Shown: piece by piece, positions 46,955 through 54,350 of the stretch
Numbering within the stretch: position 1 is the stretch's first letter
How the letters are laid out: each line of letters opens with the position of its first letter
IMG/VR virus record: IMGVR_UViG_3300023116_000009
Coordinates: 32,001-96,000 of that record
Reading direction: 5' to 3' (one strand)
DNA: 64,000 bases
Source of the DNA: a virus
Position numbers and translations under genes: made by a program
Notes under the pieces: model-generated
What the model saw: only the letters and a program-made list of their open reading frames with translations
What the model was told of the DNA's origin: nothing
Databases searched by the model: none

Positions 46955-47100
46955 TGTTGTTCCTCCAAAGTTTTGTTTTTGATGATGACCCTGCCATTTT
47001 CATGAGTGAACACTAGTTCATCATCATGTGCCCAGCAGAGTTCTTCGTAAAGGGCATTGAGTTTCTCCATGTCTTCATAGAGAGCATTGGGATTAGGCAT
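46951..47100 (-). CDS. Hypothetical protein, 49 aa (MPNPNALYEDMEKLNALYEELCWAHDDELVF...)
   Basis: Hand-translated; ATGA overlap with hli. Confidence 0.65.
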   Translation of the reverse strand: MPNPNALYEDMEKLNALYEELCWAHDDELVFTHENGRVIIKNKTLEEQQ

Positions 47101-47380
47101 ATTGTTCTACTAAAGTTCTAATGTTCTGTGTGATTTGCATTCCACCAACCTTCTCTTCCAGTTTTACACCGTCAGCATCAGTAATAATAAGAACAGGTGT
47201 AGCAGTTACACCATACTTCTTAGCGAGATCTAGATTCTCTTGTGGAATAGGTACATCACTAAAATCTTCAAGGTCAATCTTTTCAATCATACTGGTATCA
47301 ACTTTAATTGATTTAAAGTATTTGTCTACCAGGGCACAGGGACCACAAGAAGTTTTAGAGAACAAATAAAACTTATTCAT
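47093..47380 (-). CDS. Thioredoxin/glutaredoxin-fold protein
   Basis: CGPC active site plus cis-Pro loop YGVTATPVL. Confidence 0.8.
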   Translation of the reverse strand: MNKFYLFSKTSCGPCALVDKYFKSIKVDTSMIEKIDLEDFSDVPIPQENLDLAKKYGVTATPVLIITDADGVKLEEKVGGMQITQNIRTLVEQYA

Positions 47381-47582
47381 TTGGTTTACTTGGTTCAAAC
47401 GGTGTACGACTGTTATTCTTAATTACAATGAAGGCATCCTTGTTGTATTTACGGGTCCCTTTGGTGGGTGCCCACTTACTACCGTCACCTTCAATACCAT
47501 AAACTGAAGTACCTGCAATTTGAATTACAATATCGTCCTTGGGATCCCATCCCAAGGTATCAAACGCTTCGTAAATGTTCAA
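47373..47582 (-). CDS. Hypothetical protein
   Basis: ORF track; [21 protein letters not shown]. Confidence 0.65.
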   Translation of the reverse strand: MNIYEAFDTLGWDPKDDIVIQIAGTSVYGIEGDGSKWAPTKGTRKYNKDAFIVIKNNSRTPFEPSKPNE

Positions 47583-47869
47583 AGATTTTCCTCTTGTTCA
47601 CTCAGAATAACACAATCACTAGTGGGGTATGCAACACAGGTCAAGATAAACCCATCTGCAATTTGATCATCATCAAGGAAGGATTGCTCATCATTATCTA
47701 CGGTGCCAGAGAGGAGTTTTCCTGCACAAGCTGAGCAAGCACCTGCTTTACACGACGAAGGGAGGTCAACACCTGCCTCTTCTGCTGCCTCAAGAATGTA
47801 CTGATCATCAGCACACTCAAAGGTAGTTTCAGTGCCATCGGGGGTTTGGATAGTAACGTTGAATGCCAT
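47579..47869 (-). CDS. petF: Plant-type [2Fe-2S] ferredoxin
   Basis: [15 protein letters not shown]...[13 protein letters not shown]. Confidence 0.95.
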   Translation of the reverse strand: MAFNVTIQTPDGTETTFECADDQYILEAAEEAGVDLPSSCKAGACSACAGKLLSGTVDNDEQSFLDDDQIADGFILTCVAYPTSDCVILSEQEENL

Positions 47870-47955
47870 TAGTAAGTTTCGCAAAGTTTTTCTACGGATG
47901 CTGCCAGGAGGACGAACCAGGCAACGGAAGTAATTATACCTACTAGTTCTGCCAT
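47869..47955 (-). CDS. Small membrane peptide, 28 aa ([28 protein letters not shown])
   Basis: Hand-translated; TAATG overlap with petF. Confidence 0.55.
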   Translation of the reverse strand: MAELVGIITSVAWFVLLAASVEKLCETY

Positions 47956-47969
47956 TGTCAAATCCTTTG

Positions 47970-48173
47970 TCAGAAAATGCCAAAAAAGAGTTTGCCCGTG
48001 GCAGCGTAGGAGATGGCACCGAAGATGATTCCCATCATCGCCCAACGTCCATTGTAATTTTCAACACGCTCCATAGGAGTCATGAGACCTTTGCGATGAT
48101 ATGATTCAACTACCATCTGTGGTTCTTTCGCCCACATGTTTTGTTGACCACGATCATTAGTTGTTACTGTCAT
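47970..48173 (-). CDS. hli: High-light inducible protein, 67 aa
   Basis: [18 protein letters not shown]...[11 protein letters not shown]...TGKLFFGIF. Confidence 0.9.
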   Translation of the reverse strand: MTVTTNDRGQQNMWAKEPQMVVESYHRKGLMTPMERVENYNGRWAMMGIIFGAISYAATGKLFFGIF

Positions 48174-48196
48174 TTGTAAAGAATTGTTACTAACCA

Positions 48197-48225
48197 AGTA
48201 TATAGGAAATATTAAGGAATGTCAA
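48197..48225 (-). promoter_or_regulatory. Sigma70-like promoter for the hli-petF-trx operon
   Basis: TTGACA-N17-TATACT. Confidence 0.75.
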
Positions 48226-48524
48226 CCCTTGAATTTTAGGACATCCTCATAAAGGACTTCAGGATTGTATCCTTGATCACAAAGATCCACATGACGGTGA
48301 CCCATCATCAACATTTTAAATTCTACCCAGCGATCCATATTGTTCTTATGGTAGTCAATCCACTCTTGAGCAGATGCCAGGATCTCCTCGTAGCACTGCC
48401 TGGGGTCTGTCTTAGTGTCATCGTTCAGATACTCAGCAATGGCATCGTCAAGGCGATCACGACGCTGCTTGCGAAACTGTGCTTCCCAGTCAACTTGGAG
48501 GTCTGGGCGTCCTTCAATAGTCAT
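48222..48524 (-). CDS. Hypothetical protein
   Basis: ORF track; QRRDRLDDAIAEYL. Confidence 0.65.
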   Translation of the reverse strand: MTIEGRPDLQVDWEAQFRKQRRDRLDDAIAEYLNDDTKTDPRQCYEEILASAQEWIDYHKNNMDRWVEFKMLMMGHRHVDLCDQGYNPEVLYEDVLKFKG

Positions 48525-48533
48525 GAGTCAAAT

Positions 48534-48578
48534 AAAAAAAGACCCCTGCATCGTAGCAGAGGTCTTGGGGTCTGTCAA
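48534..48578 (-). promoter_or_regulatory. Combined promoter and terminator with the -10 in the hairpin loop
   Basis: TTGACA-N17-TACGAT; AGACCTCTGC-TACGAT-GCAGGGGTCT followed by a T run. Confidence 0.65.
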
Positions 48579-49186
48579 CTAACTCGCATGATGAAAGCGA
48601 GAGCAAAGTATGGCGGGAGGTTTGCATTAGTTCCAGCACTACCTGCATTGTCAATAGAGATTCCTGTAGTTGCAGAATCAATGGTAATTCCTGTAACAGA
48701 TGACCCACTAGTGTTCGATTCTGCAATATCATTATCACCAGATCCAGAACCTGCCTGGTCTTGACCACTGGAATCTCTCGAACCCTCTTCTGTATGAGTG
48801 TGACCAGGGTCAGTAATATCATGACTATGACCGTCATCGGTAATAGTGTGGGTGTGACTAACTACAATCGCATCTTTTGATCCACCTGTTGCAGTGTCTG
48901 TACCAGTGATATTTGTTTGCCACTCATTATCATTATTATCCTCATATGCTTGTGCTGCAATGACAAACTTGTTTCTCAGGTCTGGAGTTCCATTAGTACC
49001 ATCACACAAACTCCAGTTAGCAGGGACTTCTGATGCTGTACCAGAGAACATAATAATTCCTTTAACAGGAACTAATGCATTAGTCAGTGAGGATGCCGCT
49101 TGATTAAGAGTAACTGCAGCAGTATCAATTTTATCTGTAGTTACTGCCTGGTCTTGTAATCCAGGTGTGTCTATCTTGTATACCAT
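48575..49186 (-). CDS. Tail-collar-domain protein (paralogue 2)
   Basis: GIIMFSG...NWSLCDGTNGTPDLRNKFVI...NLPPYFALAFIMR. Confidence 0.8.
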   Translation of the reverse strand: MVYKIDTPGLQDQAVTTDKIDTAAVTLNQAASSLTNALVPVKGIIMFSGTASEVPANWSLCDGTNGTPDLRNKFVIAAQAYEDNNDNEWQTNITGTDTATGGSKDAIVVSHTHTITDDGHSHDITDPGHTHTEEGSRDSSGQDQAGSGSGDNDIAESNTSGSSVTGITIDSATTGISIDNAGSAGTNANLPPYFALAFIMRVS

Positions 49187-49187
49187 T

Positions 49188-49841
49188 TTAGTTAATCCTA
49201 ATAATGTATGCTAATGCATAATATGGTGGGAGGTTTTGGTTCGTTCCAGCAGAACCTGCACTGTCAATAGTGATTCCTGTAGTTCCAGAATCAATGGTGA
49301 TGTTTGCCGAAGCACCATTAATAGCAAAGTTATTAACACGAGTAGCACCTTGGCTTCCTGGTCCCATACTGAAAGCACCTCCACTGACTTGAACATTATA
49401 TCCATCAAGATTTGAGGTGTGAGTGTGATCAGTTTGAGTAATACTATGACTGTGACCGTCATCAGTAAGAGTGTGATTGTGATCAACTACAATCGCATCT
49501 TTTGATCCACCTGTTTGGGTATCAGATCCAGTAATGTCAGTTTGCCATTCCGCACCAGTATCATCATAAGTACCTGTACCAATAACAAATCTGTTAACTA
49601 AATTTGGTGTATTTGAACCACTCAAAGTACCAGAAGTAATGGCACTTCCGTCACACAACTGCCAGTTGGGGAATCCTGCAAGTGCATCTGCAGTGCCACT
49701 CCACAAAATAATTCCACCAATAGGAACTAATGCACCAGAAACTTCGGATGACAACCTGCTAATACTAATCGTAGCAGTGTCAATTTTATCATCAGTAACT
49801 GCCTGGTCTTGTAGTCCAGGCGTATCTATTTTATATACCAC
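49188..49841 (-). CDS. Tail-collar-domain protein (paralogue 1)
   Basis: GGIILWSG...NWQLCDG...TPNLVNRFVIG...NLPPYYALAYIIR; GTG start. Confidence 0.8.
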   Translation of the reverse strand: MVYKIDTPGLQDQAVTDDKIDTATISISRLSSEVSGALVPIGGIILWSGTADALAGFPNWQLCDGSAITSGTLSGSNTPNLVNRFVIGTGTYDDTGAEWQTDITGSDTQTGGSKDAIVVDHNHTLTDDGHSHSITQTDHTHTSNLDGYNVQVSGGAFSMGPGSQGATRVNNFAINGASANITIDSGTTGITIDSAGSAGTNQNLPPYYALAYIIRIN

Positions 49842-49864
49842 TTGTATACAAGTATTCTACTGTT

Positions 49865-50290
49865 TTATTTATCCTTATCAAAATAGAAAGGTCCGTTCTC
49901 AGAACCCCATTTCTGTTCTCCAGTTTCAGGATCAAATCCAGCGTCAATAACTTTATAAAAATCAGGACCCATTTGTATTTTACTTACCAATACAGTCCCT
50001 TTGAATATGCATCCTGGAACAGTTTGTCCCCAATACAATCCCCCTCGTTTAACAAAGATCAAATTACATTGATCATTCTCTACTATCAGATGATCTTTCT
50101 TATCAACAACTTTAATTAGTTTATCTCGATAGGGTTTATCATCATGTTTATATCTCTGAGTCACATGAAATTCATTATGAGAAATCTTTTCATGAGTCAA
50201 GATGATATGAGCAAATCTTGTCGGACGACTTGATGCTTGTTTCCAATTATTGTAACTGCCTTCAAACCAGTTGATAAATTCTTCAAACAT
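49865..50290 (-). CDS. cpeT: CpeT/CpcT-like phycobiliprotein lyase
   Basis: FEGSYNNWKQA...FAHI...PYR...DAGFDPETGEQKWGS..GPFYF. Confidence 0.8.
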   Translation of the reverse strand: MFEEFINWFEGSYNNWKQASSRPTRFAHIILTHEKISHNEFHVTQRYKHDDKPYRDKLIKVVDKKDHLIVENDQCNLIFVKRGGLYWGQTVPGCIFKGTVLVSKIQMGPDFYKVIDAGFDPETGEQKWGSENGPFYFDKDK

Positions 50291-50306
50291 TTTAAGTATT
50301 CAAATA

Positions 50307-50378
50307 AGCGGGTGATCGGAATCGAACCGACGACATCTAACTTGGAAGGATAGCGTTCTACCGCTGAACTACACCCGC
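50307..50378 (-). tRNA. tRNA-Gly(TCC)
   Basis: GCGGGTGTAGTTCAGCGGTAGAACG...CTTCCAA...GGTTCGATTCC...CCCGCT. Confidence 0.95.
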
Positions 50379-50380
50379 AG

Positions 50381-50625
50381 GAAAGGGGGTGGTCAGACCC
50401 CCAAGGACACATGCACGCCACCTGTTTTAGTTTCAGTTGCAAAACAGGAAATCAACCACACGGAAGGGGTCGTTTGGATCCACCACTTGCTCTTTGACTG
50501 GAAGCAAGAAACCAGGCGGGGAGAGATATCCCATCCGCACCACTTGTTCTTATGGAAAAACAAGAAACCCGAGGGGTCGTTAAACCCATCCCGACCAGGG
50601 CGCTTTTAGCGTCATCCCGAGACGT
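50381..50625 (-). ncRNA. Large structured RNA, probably manA-motif-like
   Basis: GC-rich, with three similar hairpin modules G(G/A)TTTC(T/C)TG...CA(A/G)GTGG(T/C)G; starts GTCTCGGGATGAC. Family assignment from memory of cyanophage RNAs. Confidence 0.55.
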
Positions 50626-50630
50626 TTCAT

Positions 50631-50858
50631 TTAGGCATAAACACCAGATTCAATAAGATCTGCTTCAACCTGATCGAGAATTACATTATAATCATCTTCA
50701 GGATCATCGTACAATTGTACTCCTTGGTCTTCATAGAAACGAATAAGTTTCTGATAAAGTTTAGGGTAATCTTCATCAAGGGAAATATTACCCTCGATTG
50801 CTGCAGTCAGTTTTTTGAGATCGTTTTTGAACTTTGAATGAAATTTAGAACGAGACAT
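50631..50858 (-). CDS. Hypothetical protein
   Basis: ORF track; YPKLYQKL.RFYE..GV.L..DPEDDY. Confidence 0.7.
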   Translation of the reverse strand: MSRSKFHSKFKNDLKKLTAAIEGNISLDEDYPKLYQKLIRFYEDQGVQLYDDPEDDYNVILDQVEADLIESGVYA

Positions 50859-50901
50859 TGCCTTTGCAATTTAGTTGTAGGAATGGAGGGGGAACCTCCA
50901 A

Positions 50902-50975
50902 TCGGGACGACAGGATTCGAACCTGCGACATCTCGCTCCCAAAGCGAGTGCTCTACCAAACTGAGCTACGTCCCG
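50902..50975 (-). tRNA. tRNA-Pro(TGG)
   Basis: CGGGACGTAGCTCAGTTTGGTAGAGC...TTTGGGA...GGTTCGAATCC...CCCGA. Confidence 0.95.
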
Positions 50976-51022
50976 TTGTTGATGCAAGTATTATACTGGA
51001 TAATACTTGCGGTGTCAAGAGG

Positions 51023-51205
51023 TCAGCTGAAAAATTCTTCGTTCCGCCTGCGATCCAAGTACTCAATGATCTCACCACGCCATTCTAGCAGTTCGTGGTA
51101 GCACTCCTGTTCGTGTGCAGTTTGACGCAGTTCATGATCTGGTTTGAGAACACTCTCATAGAAAATAAAAAATGCGTCTTTGCGTTTGGTTTGTTTAGGA
51201 TTCAT
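51023..51205 (-). CDS. Hypothetical protein
   Basis: ORF track; FYESVLKPDHELRQ.AH...C..EL.EWR. Confidence 0.65.
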   Translation of the reverse strand: MNPKQTKRKDAFFIFYESVLKPDHELRQTAHEQECYHELLEWRGEIIEYLDRRRNEEFFS

Positions 51206-51450
51206 CTTTCCTCGAAATCAAGTTTGCGGACACGTCGTTTCCTCCGTGCCTCCTGGTATTCTAACTCTTGATTTGAGAAAACACTTCCTTTCTTAAGGAT
51301 TTCTTCTGAATTAATCATGATAACCTGAGCGAGGTCCACTGCCGTAATTTTATCTTCGGTTACTGTTGTTTGATTTGGGCATCCACATATCTGTGGTCTC
51401 GTACTGCTGGTCAATTCCTTATTGCAACACTTGCATCTGACTGATAGCAT
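51202..51450 (-). CDS. Zn-finger-like hypothetical protein
   Basis: CKCC...CGCPN...RKVRKLDFEER. Confidence 0.7.
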   Translation of the reverse strand: MLSVRCKCCNKELTSSTRPQICGCPNQTTVTEDKITAVDLAQVIMINSEEILKKGSVFSNQELEYQEARRKRRVRKLDFEER

Positions 51451-51490
51451 AATTTAACATTCCTTTATCTTTCAAGTTCCTATTCTTCAT

Positions 51491-51721
51491 TTATTTATTT
51501 GGGTTATGGTCTTTCATACCATCGTGATTACCGTCCTTTGGAAGTTCACCCAAAGTAATATACTTAACAACCTGAATAGATCCTTCAAGTCGAGCAATAC
51601 TCCTTTCGCACTTTATATACTCTTCATAAGCAGGTCGAAGTTCTTCCAACTTACCCTGAAGTTCTATTGTTCTTTTAGTAAATCTTTGTAGAAGTTGTTC
51701 GTTAGATTCTATTGGTTTCAT
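51491..51721 (-). CDS. Hypothetical coiled-coil protein
   Basis: ORF track. Confidence 0.65.
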   Translation of the reverse strand: MKPIESNEQLLQRFTKRTIELQGKLEELRPAYEEYIKCERSIARLEGSIQVVKYITLGELPKDGNHDGMKDHNPNK

Positions 51722-51739
51722 TTCTTTAGTTGTAACTAA

Positions 51740-51811
51740 TGGGCGAAGAGGGATTCGAACCCCCGACTGCCTCGGTGTAAACGAGGAACTCTACCGCTGA
51801 GTTATTCGCCC
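51740..51811 (-). tRNA. tRNA-Val(TAC)
   Basis: GGGCGAATAACTCAGCGGTAGAGT...TTTACAC...GGTTCGAATCC...CGCCCA. Confidence 0.95.
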
Positions 51812-51888
51812 TGGCGTCTCAGGAGGGACTTGAACCCCCGACCAACTGCTTAGAAGGCAGATGCTCTATCCAACTGAGCTACTGAGAC
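51812..51888 (-). tRNA. tRNA-Arg(TCT), CCA encoded
   Basis: GTCTCAGTAGCTCAGTTGGATAGAGC...CTTCTAA...GGTTCAAGTCC...GAGACGCCA, abutting tRNA-Val. Confidence 0.95.
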
Positions 51889-51902
51889 AGGAAAGGTGGG
51901 AC

Positions 51903-52523
51903 TTATGCCCACACAAGTTTCTTAGTATAATCGTAAGCATAGTGCTCACGATATCCTTTAATACCCCAACCTAACCAGTAATATGCAGCAACCATATACT
52001 GACTAACAGGTCTACCATGACCCTCAAACTCTGGAAGAACCTTTTGGAAATTGTATTCGTTAATCAGGTATGCTGTCTGACCCTCAAGTGTAGAGGGATC
52101 ATAACCATACTTTTTAGAGAAACGACCTAACCCCAAATAACGGTTCGTAGAGGTCCACTGAATGAGTCCGTAACCACCGCTATAGCAACGATCGTAAGGA
52201 ACTCTAGCACCTCCTTCGCAAATATTGGGATGGAAGTTGCTTTCAGATTTAATGTTTCCCATGATCGTTGCCAAGGCATTGCGATCAGAGATGTTTGTTT
52301 TTTGTTGAAGTTTTTCAAGGACGTATTGTTCATTGTAATTGCACCCTGGGCACTTCCAGGACTTCTCTACCACTTCAATAGGAGTAACTTTTGGTTCTTC
52401 CTTCTTAACTTCTACTACAGGTGTAATAGGAGCAGGTGGTGCTGCAATCTCACTGAGTGTGGGGTAAGCACAAGCAGCAGGAATGACAGTCAAAAGAGGC
52501 AGAACAAACAATTGTCTTAGCAT
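51903..52523 (-). CDS. Phage tail-tip-lysozyme-like (lysozyme2) protein with signal peptide
   Basis: ALATIMGNIKSESNF...GYGLIQWT...EGQTAYL; Pro-rich linker. Confidence 0.7.
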   Translation of the reverse strand: MLRQLFVLPLLTVIPAACAYPTLSEIAAPPAPITPVVEVKKEEPKVTPIEVVEKSWKCPGCNYNEQYVLEKLQQKTNISDRNALATIMGNIKSESNFHPNICEGGARVPYDRCYSGGYGLIQWTSTNRYLGLGRFSKKYGYDPSTLEGQTAYLINEYNFQKVLPEFEGHGRPVSQYMVAAYYWLGWGIKGYREHYAYDYTKKLVWA

Positions 52524-52554
52524 GAAAAAAATAGAACTCTACATTCACCTCTCG

Positions 52555-52992
52555 CTAAAGCGATGGTGATTCAAAGTAATCCTTGCGGTAATAACGACCG
52601 AGGATGTTGCTATTATAGTAGGCAGGAGTGCCATTTGTCAAGCCCTCTACCAAAACGTTGTTTAGGAACAACTGACGGGTCTCTTCGTAATTGCATTTAC
52701 CTAGAGTGGTATGCAAACTTAAGATTTCCCTTTTGAAGTTTTGTTTACCAAACTCCTTAATGTCTTCTTTTAATTCTGGGCAAGAACCATAATACTTTTT
52801 CCAGTCAGATTCTTGCCTTTGCCTTCGCTTTTCTCCTTTCTTTTTCCTAAAAGACCAGAAGTATTTTCTTCCTATGTATCTTCTGCTATTAACAGTATTA
52901 GTTATTAAGTATACAAAACCATAATAACCATTGATACTATCGGAATCAAATACTTCACCTTCATACCACCATGGATTATCGTACATACACAA
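52555..52992 (-). CDS. GIY-YIG endonuclease (DenA/EndoII-like position after nrdB)
   Basis: GFVYLITN....RRYIGRK...YYGS...FKREIL...E...YYNSNI. Confidence 0.8.
   Translation of the reverse strand: MCMYDNPWWYEGEVFDSDSINGYYGFVYLITNTVNSRRYIGRKYFWSFRKKKGEKRRQRQESDWKKYYGSCPELKEDIKEFGKQNFKREILSLHTTLGKCNYEETRQLFLNNVLVEGLTNGTPAYYNSNILGRYYRKDYFESPSL
52612..52641 (-). promoter_or_regulatory. Sigma70-like promoter inside the nuclease gene, driving the lysozyme/tRNA unit
   Basis: TTGACA-N18-TATAAT. Confidence 0.6.
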
Positions 52993-53011
52993 GACATCAC
53001 TGTCTTATATA

Positions 53012-53197
53012 TCAACTCCACGGATCTGGTATTTCAATTTTAGTGCTTGGAGTTGGAATGCTTGCCCCAAGGTCTGTGGACCCAGTTTTAATAGAGTCCA
53101 CTCCCTGTCTGACAGATTTGGATCTGCCAATGCTCTCATCTTCCAAGGTGCTGGATTTGTCACAGCGAAAAACCAGCGAAAGTATTTTCTGTAACAT
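53012..53197 (-). CDS. Hypothetical protein, 61 aa
   Basis: MLQKILSLVF...IEIPDPWS; ATG at 53197. Confidence 0.55.
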   Translation of the reverse strand: MLQKILSLVFRCDKSSTLEDESIGRSKSVRQGVDSIKTGSTDLGASIPTPSTKIEIPDPWS

Positions 53198-54350
53198 CCT
53201 GCTTGATACCACCACTAATGTAACTTTCAACTTCTGTTTCTTGAGGAGCAACTTGAAGACCTTTAGATGAAATCCAATGCTCAGTCCAAGGAAGAGGATT
53301 GTTCTTGGCGGGGATATCATACTCTGGTTTGAGACCAATCGCTTTCATACGACGGTTTGCAATCCACTCCACATAATTGTAGAGAAGTTTGTCATTCAAA
53401 CCAATCATAGAACCATCTTTAAACAGATACTGTGCCCATGTCTTTTCCTCATCGACACAGCGTTTAAACATCTGTCTAACTACTGGTTCCTCTTCCCTAG
53501 CAATTTCTTGCATCTCTGGGTCATCTCCTTCACGCCATTTGTTGAGGATGTTTTGAGTAAGGACAAGATGCTGGCTTTCGTCTCTGGCGATGAGAGAGAT
53601 AATTTTAGCGGATCCCTCCATAAGTTTGAGTTCACCAAACGCAAACGAGCAAGCAAACGAGACATAGAATCGAATTCCTTCCAGGATGTTGACATTAGCA
53701 ACTGCTCTGTAGAGTTTACGCTTCAGAGCATAGCGTTCAGATAGACCGAGGTCAACCCCATCGTTAGCAAACTCCCACAAACTCCCATTACCATACTCTT
53801 GTGCAGAGTGAATAAAGTCGTTGTAAGATTCAGTTACAGAAGAGGCACGAGATAGAATCTTCTCGTCATCAAGAATTGTATCAAATACTTCAGACGGATC
53901 TGAATATACATTCTTAATGATATATGTATATGAACGAGAGTGGATCATCTCCATAAACTCCCACACAGTCATAGCAGATTCAAGTTCTGGAAGTGAACAG
54001 TATGGAACAAATGCCATACCAGGACCACGACCTTGAACAGAGTCCAGCATGATCTGATATTTCAGATTAGAAGTAAAGATATGCTTCTGCTCTGGACGAA
54101 GAGTTTGATAATCTCCACGATCTTTCTGGAGGGAGACCTCCTCAGGTCTCCAAAAGTATCCCAATTGTTGTTGTGTAAGTTTTTCAAAGACGGGGTACTT
54201 TGCCCCGTCATATCTCTGAACTCCCAGTGGTTGCCCAAAAAACATTGGTTGCTTTTTAGTATCTACTTTGTTGGTATTAAATACCGTCATACCTTTGATT
54301 TTCTTTGGTTCAGATTTTACAAGATTCACAGTCGTCCTCCTCTTCTGCAA
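53160..54350 (-). CDS. nrdB: Class Ia ribonucleotide reductase beta subunit
   Basis: YFWRPEEVSL...LDSVQGRGP...EMIHSRSY...ARDESQH...VAPQETE; start a few codons uncertain. Confidence 0.97.
   Translation of the reverse strand: MQKRRTTVNLVKSEPKKIKGMTVFNTNKVDTKKQPMFFGQPLGVQRYDGAKYPVFEKLTQQQLGYFWRPEEVSLQKDRGDYQTLRPEQKHIFTSNLKYQIMLDSVQGRGPGMAFVPYCSLPELESAMTVWEFMEMIHSRSYTYIIKNVYSDPSEVFDTILDDEKILSRASSVTESYNDFIHSAQEYGNGSLWEFANDGVDLGLSERYALKRKLYRAVANVNILEGIRFYVSFACSFAFGELKLMEGSAKIISLIARDESQHLVLTQNILNKWREGDDPEMQEIAREEEPVVRQMFKRCVDEEKTWAQYLFKDGSMIGLNDKLLYNYVEWIANRRMKAIGLKPEYDIPAKNNPLPWTEHWISSKGLQVAPQETEVESYISGGIKQDVTENTFAGFSL

Noticed and set aside
48575-49841. Diversity-generating retroelement template/variable repeats
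   Set aside because: No reverse transcriptase gene was seen, and the differences between the paralogues are not confined to adenines.
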